In this document: piece by piece, positions 11,611 to 22,914 of the stretch | Layout: every line of letters begins with the position of its first letter | Position numbering within the stretch: the first letter of the stretch is position 1 | NCBI GenBank assembly: GCA_010093995.1 | Contig: ML992501.1 | Span: forward strand, 1,155,047-1,219,046 | Direction: 5' to 3' | Length of the DNA: 64,000 nt | Source of the DNA: Elsinoe ampelina | Lineage: Eukaryota | Made by a program: the position numbers and the translations under genes | The notes under the pieces: generated by a model | Database searches by the model: none | Told to the model about the DNA's origin: nothing | What the model saw: only the letters and a program-made list of their open reading frames with translations

Positions 11611-14600
11611 GGTTATAAGCCTAGAGCTTATAGCACAAGTATAGGATTATATATATAGTAGTTGGCCTACTACTTAAACAAAACGGAAGCGGAATTATAA
11701 TATCCCTACCGCCTTATAGTCAACTATCTAGATACCTTTAGTAAGCCTAGTAGACTATACTATAAGTCGTGAAAGATTGTACTACTTAGGACAACAAGTA
11801 GGAATAGCACTTCTATTTAGTATAGGTTTAACTCCTATAATTGTTCTACTATAGCTGCTGTTTATTAGCTAGATTAACTAAACATATTCGATTTATTAAC
11901 TTCCTCTAAGGCCTAGCTAGCCTTATAGACAACTATTAACTAGAGGTTATTAACTAAACTCGACCTTTATCTATTTATTTAATTCTCTTCTCCTTAGAGA
12001 ACTTAATTCCTAACTATAGAAGATTAGTCCTTATCTTTAAGAAGACTAGTTATTAAGCTTAATAGACTTAACTAGAGAGAATAGTTCTACTAGATAGAAA
12101 TATACCTTATAAGTAAGGATGCCTTCTAGACTATTCGTAGTTAGACTACTCCTTTAGTAACACTATTATCCGATAATACCTCTAGCTCCGTTTTAGTCCT
12201 ACCTATTAAGTCAAAGGACTAGTAAAAGGCTAATACAACTACTAAGTACTAGGTTGTCTAGTGTATCTTATAAGATAACAAAGAGTTACTATATAAGGAA
12301 GAGCTTATATTAGAATATTAGAGATTACTTAAGTCTAAGTACAAAACAAACCTTAAGGCAAGCGTAAGGGAGCTAGTTATCTAATTTGTAAACTATAAGA
12401 TAGATAAGTAGGACACTATTAATAAAGCTTAGTCCTACCTTACTAGCCTAGGAAGATAGATCGCTATTGTCTACCTAGATAAGGGTTATTAGAGGGCAGT
12501 AGAGAGATTATAGTAGCTTCTCTCTTCTCTTCCTAACGACTATAGGTTTACAAGGCAAGTAATTAAAGCAAGAGGATTAACTAATATAGATAAGGTCCTC
12601 CTTATTCTTAAGGAGGAAGAGAAACGCCTTAGTAAGCATAAGATTGCTATGTTTACTAGGGGGAGACTAAATTAAGGACCTAGTAGAAGTACAAGCTATA
12701 TATATATCCTCTACTTATAGGCTAGTTACACTATAACTAGATACTCTTAACTTTAAAGAGTATAGAGGCATATTTAGCCTTCCTATAGGATTACTAAGAG
12801 CCTACTAAGGAGGAGAAGATCTCTATTAGCTTCTAATAATCTAATTACCCTTGTTAGGCATCTCACTAAGAAGGTTAATAGACTAGAAGCAGCATCTAAG
12901 TTAAAGAAAGGTAAAGCCTTTACTACTACTAAAGGCCGGTCCGAACCTTTCTCTCTAATCTTAACTCTACTACCTAAAGTTCTATTAAGTAAAGAGGAAC
13001 TTAAGACTATAGGCTCTACATTAGAGGTATAAGGTAAGCTTCTATATTATTAGTAGATACTTAACTCTAGAGTATCTAACTATATAATAGATAAGCTAAC
13101 TCTCTTTAGGGGCCTATTAAGTAAGATACGCACTTAATAGATCTAGGTTAGGGGGGGTTACCTTTAGTTATAGTTAATAGGAACTGCTATTATTAAGACT
13201 AAGAAGGGAGATAAGATAAAGGTATAGGCTCTTTATGTACCTAATCTTAGTATTAATTTAGTCTCCTATCGTAAGCTATGTATAGATTTAGGAGTTTCTA
13301 GAGTTCTTAATTTAAATTCTTTTCTTGTTTTTAATTTATAAAAGCAGCTACTACTTAAAGCTAGAATTCGAGGGGGGGTATATATTATCTAATTCCTCTT
13401 TAAGCAGTTAGCTAATTAAAAGCTATATTCTAGATCTAAGCCCGGCTTAATTCTAGATTTAGCTAATTAGGACATAGTATTCCTTACTACTTAGCTAGTA
13501 ATTATATCACACACTAAGTATATACATCTAACCTAGGATAAGCAATATAAGGATCTTATTAATTTAAGACCCGACAACTCTAATATAGAGTACTAACTCT
13601 AGCATAGGAGATTTGCTTACCTTAGAGTTAAGAAGCTTAGAGATCTTTATAAGGTTATAACCCTTAAGAAGCTTATTAATTTAAACCATGATTTATTAAT
13701 CCTATATAAGGTCTGTTTCTTAACAAAGATAAGAAACAGAAGAGGCAAAACTTTATAGAGAAGACTAGAGGTTCTTTAGCTTATTTATACTAACATCTAT
13801 AGCCTAATTAAAGTAAGTAGGAAAGGATTTAGATACTTCCTAGAGCTTATAGATAGCTATTTAAGAATGACATAGATTATACCACTTAAGACAAGAGATA
13901 AAGCTCTATAGAGGCTTATTAAGTAGAAGCTAAGGGTTAAGAAGGAAAGTAATGCCAAAGTTAAGGTCACTAGATTAGACAATACTAGTAAGCTTAACAA
14001 GATCCTAAAGTAGTAGAAGCGCTAAGAAGACATCTATTACACAACTACTAAGCTATATAATTTAATCTAGAATAGACTAGTAGAGAAAGGCATCTAAACC
14101 TTAGAGAATAGTATAAGAGCAATACTTAAGGACTTAAAGATGCTAAATAAGTTCTAGCCTAAAGTAGTTTAGGTAGATGCATATCTAAGGAACAGGACAG
14201 TAACTAGACCTATAATCAATAATAAGCAAGTTACACTAATTAAGGCCTATATAGGCATTAAGCTATTAGTTAATTACATTAGAGTCTAGGGCTATAAGGT
14301 ATACACCTATATAAACCTAAAGTCCCTTCCTATATATAGAAGAAAAGATAAGCTTATAGACAGAGGGAGAGTAGGAGTATTCCTTAGCTATGTAGATAGA
14401 ACTAACAGGATATATAAGATATAGGCACCTAATAGGAAGGCAGTAATTGTATTACTAAATGTTAAGTTCTCTAAATTTAAGAAAGGTAGGAATATTAATC
14501 TTAGTATTAAGATTAGCACTACGAGCAATTAAGCACTAGTTAGGAGACTAATTAGTAGACTAACCTAGATCCGAGCCCGGCTTAATCCTAAGGTAGACTA

Positions 14601-16525
14601 ATTAGATTAGCCTATTTAGCAAGAAGTGCCTATAGGGAGAATCTTCTTATATATTAAGATCCTAAGGGTTAACCCTATTAACCTTATAGAATTCTAACGT
14701 AGAGAAGAGCTAATAGTTTAATCTATATTACCTAATTATATAGGTTAATCACTTAAGAGATTAAGAGATAAAGAATCTAATAATAAAGAGCCTAAGGTAA
14801 AGTATTATAGAGCATTTATTACTAAGTATATTAATTGGCAAGATAAGGTTAATAAGATTGCTATAATAGCCTCTATTAAGTAATATGTCCTAATTCTAAG
14901 AGACTACTATAAGGCTGTTACTAATCTAGTTTAGGGAAGTAAGTGGCAGGAAGTAATTAATATAGAGCTTAATACTCTAGGATTAAATAACACATAGGAA
15001 GAGGTTATCCCTCTAAAAGGATTAAACTTAGTAATATCTAAGTAGGTCTTTAATGTTAAATACAACACAGATAGCTCTATTAAGAAGTTCAAGGCTAGAC
15101 TTATTACTAGAGGCTTCTTATAGAAGTATAGTATTAACTATAAAGACACATTTACACTAATAGTTAGAGTAGATACACTAAGACTGTTCTTTACCATCGT
15201 GTATATACTTGACCTTAAATGTCATTAGGTGGATATTAATAATACCTTTATAGAATTATTCCTTAGGGAAGTAATTTATATAAGGCTACTACCTAGACTT
15301 AAGGTCTAACCTAGTATTGCCTTCTATATTCTTAGAAGCTTATATAGACTTAAGTAAGCTACTAGAGATTAGAATTAGTACTACATCTCTAAGCTTTTAA
15401 AGCTAGGCTTTACTTAGAGTAAAGTAGACCCCTATCTTCTTATATACTATAATAAGAAGATTATTTTCTTAGTTTATGTTAATAACATACTATTTATAGT
15501 ACAAAGCAAAGAGAACATCTAGTAGTTTAAGCAAGAGCTTAGTAGAATCTTTAAGATTAAGGATCTTAGTAAGGTTAGTAAAGTTCTTAGAGTTAAAGTT
15601 ATAAGGGACAGACAACAAGGAACCTTAAGGCTTAACTAGACCTACTATGTGAATGATATACTATAGAGGCTTAATATGACCTCTAACAAGGCTACTCTAA
15701 CAAAGCAGCTAATAGACAATAAGCTCCCTTAGAGAGCTTAGACTAAAGATGTAAGGTTTAGTAGAACTAAGTACTTATATGCTATTAGAAGCTAGATGTA
15801 CCTTAGTACTCTAACAAGACTAGATACTACCTTTGCCTTAGGAAGGCTTAGTTAGTTTATAGTAGATCTAATAGACAGCTATACTATTAAGATAAAGAAG
15901 ATATTAAGATATATTAGATTAACTAAAGATCTTAGTATAGTGTTTAGGAGGAATAGTAATAAGACTCTTAAGGGATATTCTAATTTAGACTATGCCTTAG
16001 ACAAGACAGATAGAGTCTCTATTCTTAGATACGTCTTTATGCTTATAGGTGGTCCTATTAGCTAGATAAGTAGGAAGTAGAAGTCTGTTTTAACCTCTAC
16101 TATAGAGGCTAAATATATAGTAATATACTCTTATATAAAGAGATTACAGTTCCTATCTTAGTTACTAAGAGACATAGACTATTATAAGATAGTTAGTTAA
16201 TCACCTTAGAAACTAACTATAAAGGAGTCTTAGAAAGCAATAATAAGATTACCCTTTACTACTAAGATTAATAGTAATAACTAGGTAGCTCTTTTACTTA
16301 TAAAGGAGCTATATACTTATAAAAGGGCAAAACACATTAATGTTGCTTACTACTACGTTAGGAGGCTATAGAGGGACTAGAGGATACAGGTTAAGTTTAT
16401 AAGGACAGCAGACATAGTAGCTAATAGGTTAACTAAGCTATTATAAGGTTAGAACTTTACGAGGTTTATAAAGTAACTTAGCTTATTATTAACCTAATAG
16501 CTTATCTATAGGAGCTAAGTAGAAG

Positions 16526-16727
16526 TGCTAAGAATATAGCTCTCTCTAGATAATTAGGCCCGAAGGTCATATAACTACAGGTTATATAATGCTAAGTCCT
16601 AGGGATTTATAGCTGTTCTTTCCTTCGGTAGATAGACTCCTTAATCAATTAACTCGTCTATCACCTAACTAGTATACGGATTAGTTCTATACAATACTCT
16701 ACCCCTAAACGTGCCTTCTACTTAATA
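16526..16727 (+). repeat. 3' LTR of Copia C
   Basis: tgctaagaat...ctacttaata (terminal CA RIP-mutated), followed by TSD gttac. Confidence 0.95.
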
Positions 16728-18000
16728 GTTACTTAATTTTATTACTAGCTTACTCCTAGTAGAGCTCTAGCCTAGCGTCGTTATAGACGCAATTATCGTA
16801 TATATCTATTACTTATCTAAGTTTAGTATCTATATACTAACGTTAACTAAGCTTAACGCTAGAGACTTTACTAATCTATTTAAAATAGATATTATAATAT
16901 TATTTAGAACGCTAAAGACGCTAGTCTTAGATAGAGAGTCTATCTTTATAAGTAAATTCTAGAGTACGCTATACTAGTACTAGAAGGCGTAACGTAAGCT
17001 TAGTACTAGTTTCTATCTATAGATAGACAACTAAACTAAAAGGCAAAACTAGACGCTAGAGTAGTACCTATACTACTTTATCGACTATTACTAGATAGAC
17101 TAGCTATACTAGGTTAAGTAGGCGCAATTCGTGTATAATAATACGTATTAAGCGTTACTATACACTACGCTAGTATAGTTCTTATTTACGTAGGAGATAT
17201 GCCTACCTAACAATATTAAGGCGCTAGCGCCGCCTAGCTACGCGCTAGCGTATAACCTGTCGGTCGATAACTAAGTATAATCTATTACCGAAACACGTGT
17301 AGAGCTTGCCTAACACCTATATAAAGTATAGAAAGACTAAGCGCTAGCCTATAATAGAGATTAATAAGCAAAAGTCTTCTATAATAGCGACAAGGTTATA
17401 CTTAGCACTAAGAACCTTCGTAGCGCTAGACCTAGCTATAAGCTATTAGCTAAGTATATTAACCCGTTTATAATTATATAACAAATTAGTACGTAGGTAT
17501 ATAAGCTACACTTACTAAACAAAATAAAGCTAATCTATAACGTCTTTAACGTTACGCTACTAGAGCTATATAGGCGTAGTAAGGGCGTATACCTACTGCC
17601 TCTAGAGGTAAAAGGGCAAGAAGAATATATTATTAAATATATCCTTAGCAAGGGCTATACTAGCACTCTAAAGGCGCTATACTACCTAGTAAAGTAGTAG
17701 GGTTACTCTATAGAAGAAAGCATATAGGAGCTAGTAAAAAACCTTATAAACGCTAAGGAATTACTATATAAATATAAGGTAGCTTAGCGTAAGTATAGCG
17801 CTAGCTAAACACTCTAGATATACTTAGGATTAACAAGTTAAAGGTATAAATTTTAAAGTAAAGAGCACCTAGGCGTAGCGCTAGGTTAGCTCGGGGTATT
17901 ATTAGCTTACGTAGGGAAAACGCTAGCGTAGTAAAGACTATAGAATTATACTAAAGCGAAGGGGGCGTAGTATAGGTATAGCGCCCTAGCTTTCCCTATC

Positions 18001-18871
18001 TTAACTATCTATATTATTCACCTTAGTCTTATTCTTATTATTCTTCTTAACACTATTAATATGCCTAGTTAGTACTCTCGTAGTATTATTAATTACCTAT
18101 ATAGTAGTAGCTTACTTATTCTTAGTAACTACCTATAAAGAAGTTAGTATAACTTAGGCGTTATAGGGGCGCACTTCTAGACTTATATAACTAGCTAAAG
18201 CCTTAAGTATAAAGCTAGTATTACTAATTATACCTAGGCGTAGCACCTTCGCTAGCTACTTAGTGTCGACTTTAGAGGCAAAGGGCGTAGTAATAGCGCT
18301 ATTATAGCGTAAAGAAGTTACACTATTACTATTACTCTTATTAACTACTTTACTCTTGCCCTTAGCGTTAGACTTGCTCTACGTACGCTTAGCACTAGCC
18401 TTCTTATATACATAGTTAGCATAGGTAGTAATCTAGCGCTTTAGGAGAATAATGTCCTTCTTAGGAGTAGTAGCGTCGTTATAGAGTAGTATATACGTAG
18501 TAAAGTATTTATCCTAGAGCTTCTTAGTAGTAACTTAATCCTTAGAGTTAAGCTTAGTAGGCTACTAAGGTTAGTATAAAGTAGGCGTAGTATAGGTGTA
18601 GAGTATACCTAGTAGTAGTGTTTATTCCTATAACTATAACGATTATAGCGGGTAGCTTTAGCCTTAGTAATCTAGTAGAGAAGATCCTTAATAGAGAGTA
18701 TACTATCTTTAAGCTAGAGGTACTTATTAATAGTAATAGTATAGTATAAGCATAGTATAGAGTACTAGTTCTAGTTAGTAAAATTGCTCTTATAAGCTCT
18801 ATAAAAGGTTAGTGCCGGCGTAGTATAAGTACTATATATAATACTTACTCCTTAGGAACTTTAGGAGCTAT
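18001..18871 (-). pseudogene. Antisense spliced accessory gene of Gypsy A; six-Cys zinc-cluster-like protein with acidic tail (RIP-damaged)
   Basis: Start ATA (from ATG) GCT CCT AAA = MAPK at 18871. Introns: 18848-18799 (GTAAGT...CTAAC...TAG), 18608 to 18562 or 18565 (GTATAC...CTAAC...TAG), and a third ending at 18133 (TACTAAC ttctttaTAG). Exon 2 de-RIPs to C-x2-C-x21-C-x9-C-x2-C-x6-C, with the first Cys an intact TGC. Confidence 0.7.
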
Positions 18872-19528
18872 AGTTATTAAAGTATATAAGCGTATAGGAG
18901 GTAAGCTAGCGTAGAGCTAGAATAACAAAAGGAAAAAAAATTTACTATATAGGTGCTACGCTAGGTTAGTAAACAAACAACTAAATAGATAAGCTCGATA
19001 GCTAGATCTATAGTAGCGTAGACTTAGTATATACGCTAAGCCTCCCCTACTAGCCCTTAGGCTAGTAAGACCTAGTCTATACTATATAGTACCTAAAATA
19101 GATTACTAGTATAGTATTAGACCTACGTAAGTATAGAGCTAGTATTAAGTAGAATACTTACGTAAAGGAAGTATTATAAAGGAGAAAAGAAGAAGAGAAG
19201 GAGAAGAGAAAGATATATACCTAGCTCTAAGCTAAGACTAATCTAGAGAATAATAGGTAGTAGTATACAATAATAGGTAGATTCTTATATATAAAAATAA
19301 TAACGTAAGAGCGCTATATTCTATATATAAAGATTATACTATTATTACTATATCTAGTATACGAAGAATAGTATAGGCTACTATAGGCATACTATATATA
19401 CGAAGAGTACGCTACGCCTAAGAAGCGCTAGTAAGACGCTCTTTTCTAGTTTTCTCCTATACTAGATTTTCTAGGTTTTATTAAGGCTTATAGGTGTAAG
19501 GGCATACCTCTCGAAGGGGAAGAATAAT

Positions 19529-19726
19529 TATAAGAACTAACGTAGTAAGTACGCTATGCTAGCTTACTCTAGAGATACTATTCTCTATAGGAGAATAAAA
19601 CACTCCTTGCCTATAGAATAGATAGAGTAGAGATTAGTCTTACAATAATTAAGAGTACACTAGTATAATACCTGTTCTACTCCTATATACTTGTCTTTCT
19701 AGCTCTAATATTCTATCTTCGTTATA
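19529..19726 (+). repeat. 3' LTR of Gypsy A
   Basis: 198 bp, tataagaact...cgttata (TG..CA RIP-mutated); preceded by PPT; reverse complement of 20661-20858. Confidence 0.92.
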
Positions 19727-20858
19727 GTTCTACTCTAAACGAGATAGATATACTAGAAGTTCTACCTTAATTAGAGATAGGTTCCCCTAATAGAGTACTT
19801 TCGAGCGTAGCTCTAGCGTAGTATAGATAATAAGCTATATATAGTAGGCGTCGTCTAGGAGTAGTACTATCTTAATATAGAACTTATAACTATCGAGGAA
19901 CATATAGAAATTAGTAATTAACTATTCTCTATACTAGCGTAACGTAAAGAACTTTACTATGTAGCTATTACTACAGTTTTTAGAACTCTAGACTTAGTCC
20001 TAAAGCTAGGACTATATTAGGCTCTATAAGGGTATAACGCTAGCGCTCTTAGCGTATAAGTTCTAATTATAGCTAAGCTAACCTTTTAAGTAGCTAGTAG
20101 CTATATAGCACTAAGTAACTTCTTTAAAGTAGATATTTAGTACTATCTTAAAGACGTTATTATATATATATATAAATTCCTTAACTCTTACTATAATAGT
20201 AAACTCTAAGGCCTTAGAGTAGTATAAGTTTAGCATATACTCTCTTATAATTTATAGATTTATTAGATAGATATCGTTAGGTTATATATTGTCGAAATAA
20301 CTACGTAGCACTAGCGCTATAACTAGGAAGCAACTACTAAGTATATTCTTAAGCTAAGTAATACAAGTAAGAAGCGCTTTATATATAGTATTATTTTCTA
20401 TGTCGGCTATACTTCCTATAGAAGCTATATTAGCGTAGTAGAGTCTTAGCGCTAGCTCTTCTCTAGCCTAGCGATCTTTAATAGGAGTTGTCTCTAGAGT
20501 TATAGCTAATTCGGTAAATGTCTTACTAATAGCTAAGCTATTAGAGAGTTGTCTATACTAGTACTACTCTAGCGGTAGTTAGTCGTTTCGCTAGCGCTAA
20601 GTATAGAGTGCTATCTTGTCTATATAGCTCTATTTAATAGGATATAAGAGAGATTAGAATTATAACAAAGATAGAATATTAGAGCTAGAAAGATAAGTAT
20701 ATAGGAGTAGAATAGGTGTTATACTAGTGTACCCTCGATTGTTATAAGACTAATCTCTACTCTATCTATTCTATAGATAAGAAGTGTTTTATTCTTCTAC
20801 GGAGAATAGTATCTCTAGAGTAAGCTAGTATAGCGTACTTACTATATTAGTTCTTATA
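19727..20858 (-). mobile_element. 5' fragment (LTR + leader/gag) of Gypsy A', a second copy of family A in opposite orientation, interrupted by A
   Basis: 20661-20858 is the reverse complement of the A LTR. 19727-20036 is the reverse complement of window bases 1-310 (same length, transition differences). Confidence 0.9.
20661..20858 (-). repeat. 5' LTR of Gypsy A'
   Basis: 198-bp inverted copy of 19529-19726. Confidence 0.92.
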
Positions 20859-21517
20859 CTAATACTAAGGAACTTATAAAGGTTAGAGAGCGCTTATTAG
20901 TCTATTATCTAGATAATTAGTACAACGCTAATAAGACTAGCCTATTCTATATAATAATACTAGATTAGTTACTAGCCTTATAACCTCTCCCTAGTACTAA
21001 GCGCTATAAAAAGTAAATCTCTATACTTTTTACTTATAACACCTCTAGTACTTATAAGCTAAAGCCTTAGATAATTAGCTATGCCTTAAGGCCTTATTGT
21101 TTTAAGGCAGCTAGTATTAATATTAAGTACTAGAACATGTTCTAGCGAGTAAATAAGACTACTTAGATAACTAGTACTATCTTTAAGCAATATCTAAGGT
21201 AGTTAAATAAGTAAGTTTATAGTAGAAAGGTAAGTAGTAAACTCTTTATATACTAATATAAGTATATACTAATTTTGTACTTAGATAGCGCTTCTCCTTA
21301 ATAACTTTTTAGTATATAAGTACGCTATTAAGGCTATTTAATATAAACTTTATAACATTAAGGTAATCTAGTTACTAGCTAATTTAATAAGTAAATACTA
21401 ACTACTTAATTAAGGCATTATCTACTACTTTAAGGCCTACTATTAGAAGCGCTAGCTTACTTATATACTAGAGAAGATTAAGCTCTTACGCGATTCTCTA
21501 TTAACTATTAATATCCT

Positions 21518-21704
21518 TATTAAAGCCTTGTATTAAAGCTACGTATGTCGTAATATAGAGAACGCCTATCTAACCGAATAGTCCGTTAGTAGTAGAACTA
21601 ATTACTATTAAGCTCTAGGCATAAGCGCCGTATAGGATATTTAAGTATATTACATAAGTAGGACTAGCCGCTACTAAGTGCTGCTCTAATACTAAGCTCT
21701 TATA
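21518..21704 (-). repeat. 3' LTR of Gypsy D
   Basis: Direct repeat of 28021-28207; adjacent to PPT. Confidence 0.93.
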
Positions 21705-22118
21705 ATTGCCTTCTCCTCTAGGAGAGCTGTCCTTAGCTCTCGACTAGAAGTATATAACGTATAGTGTTATTCGGAGGTAATATAGACGTAAGGTAGTTAA
21801 GGCATTTTTGTAAAGGCCTTATATATGTCTCGTATAATGTCTAGTAGTAGTAGTCCTAGGAATCTAGTTCCTAGAGAGGCGTTTATCTAGTCGCTATAGC
21901 GCTAAAGCTAATCGGCAGTAATAATATTACTTTTCTTAGAATTCCTAGTAGTATTATAGGAGACATATACCTTACGCTAGCGGCTATAATAAAGATATAG
22001 TGCACTAGAGGTTAGTCTATATTATCTCGTTGTTTCTCCTTATATTCTTCTTTTCTACCTAAAATATATTTATATTTTGTTAATCTCTTACTATATAAGT
22101 GTACTACCTATAACTATT

Positions 22119-22914
22119 ATATTATCTAACTCCGGCCCCTCCGTAGCTAATACTCGTAGTGTAAGGTCTACTAGCGTCTAGGGAGCTATTACTACTAGCG
22201 CCGACTCTATAACTCTCTTACTTCCTAAAGAGAAGGCCGATACCTATACTAGGTATACTAATAGCGTTGCTGAGAGTAAGCTAATAGAGCTCTTATAAGG
22301 GACGTAACTAATTTATAGTAGGTTATATTTATACTAGAGGCAACTTTAGTATCTTCTTCTATTGTAAGTACGAATACTACGCCTATAGTAAGTATATATA
22401 TAAGCCGCTCCTATCTATCCTATATAACTTATATATCGACGCCTTTAACATAGTTACTAAGCTTAAGGCCCCCGACTAGGCTAGCATTACTGTAGCTAAG
22501 AAGTATATATACGCTATAGCCTATAAGAACGTTCCTAAGGTTAAGAAGTTTAAGACTATACTTAAGGTATACTACACTAATAAGAATAAGGTTGTTAGCG
22601 AGGTCTTGACTCCTTATATAGGGCCTATAGGCGACTTACTTAGTAGTGTTATACTCGAGCGTAAGAAGGTTAAGGAACTATAGAAGATTAGGTATAGCCT
22701 TTATAGCTTAATTATTATTAACAAGGAGGTAAGTTAGACTATACTCTATATACGTTATAAACATAGCTAATAGGTTTAGATAGTGTATAACTCTAGTAGT
22801 TCTACTACTAAAATCGACTATGTTATAGCTAGTAAGTAGCTTATAGCCCCTATAGTACCTATAGGGGAGAATCTTAGTATAGAGGTAAATAAGGAGAATA
22901 GTAAGGATAAGTAG
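22119..22914 (+). pseudogene. Antisense spliced accessory gene of Gypsy D; six-Cys zinc-cluster-like protein with acidic tail (RIP-damaged)
   Basis: Introns 22276 to 22318/22321 (GTAAGC...CTAAT...TAG) and 22729-22779 (GTAAGT...GCTAAT...TTTAG). The middle exon of about 135 codons has only two TAG stops. De-RIP reading TCTRC-x9-C-x12-CEYCARGKHVCEPLP; the last exon ends in an acidic run before TAG 22912-22914. Confidence 0.7.

Larger units (their letters stand above)
11409..16727 (+). mobile_element. Ty1/Copia LTR retrotransposon C, full length (5319 bp), inserted in integrase of A
   Basis: 202-bp LTRs at 11409-11610 (TG...CA intact) and 16526-16727; TSD gttac at 11404-11408 and 16728-16732; copia-type PBS ggttataagcc after the 5' LTR. 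Domain order: WHRRFAHLG ~13600, integrase LIHTDICGP ~13780, RT (KWVF, KARL.ARGF, VYVDD ~15472), RNase H (GYSDSDYA ~15973, ADGLTK ~16420). Confidence 0.95.
1..19726 (+). mobile_element. Ty3/Gypsy chromovirus LTR retrotransposon A (5' end outside window; interrupted by elements B and C), RIP-inactivated
   Basis: De-RIP motifs in order: gag CCHC knuckle ~482-523, protease ALIDSGA ~658-680, RT (PILFVPKK ~1301, NRYPLPLI ~1382, YLDDILIY ~1640), RNase H split at AFW/SRKL by B, integrase HHCC ~11190-11320, integrase core DFITGLP resuming ~16735, chromodomain (YLVKW.GY..EE.TWEP..NL) ~17620-17745, PPT gaaggggaagaa ~19513, 3' LTR 19529-19726. Confidence 0.93.

Noticed and set aside
19529..20858. Apparent 1.3-kb TIR element or MITE bounded by 198-bp inverted repeats
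   Set aside because: The repeats are LTRs (PPT upstream of one, gag sequence between them). Nesting of A in A' explains the arrangement.
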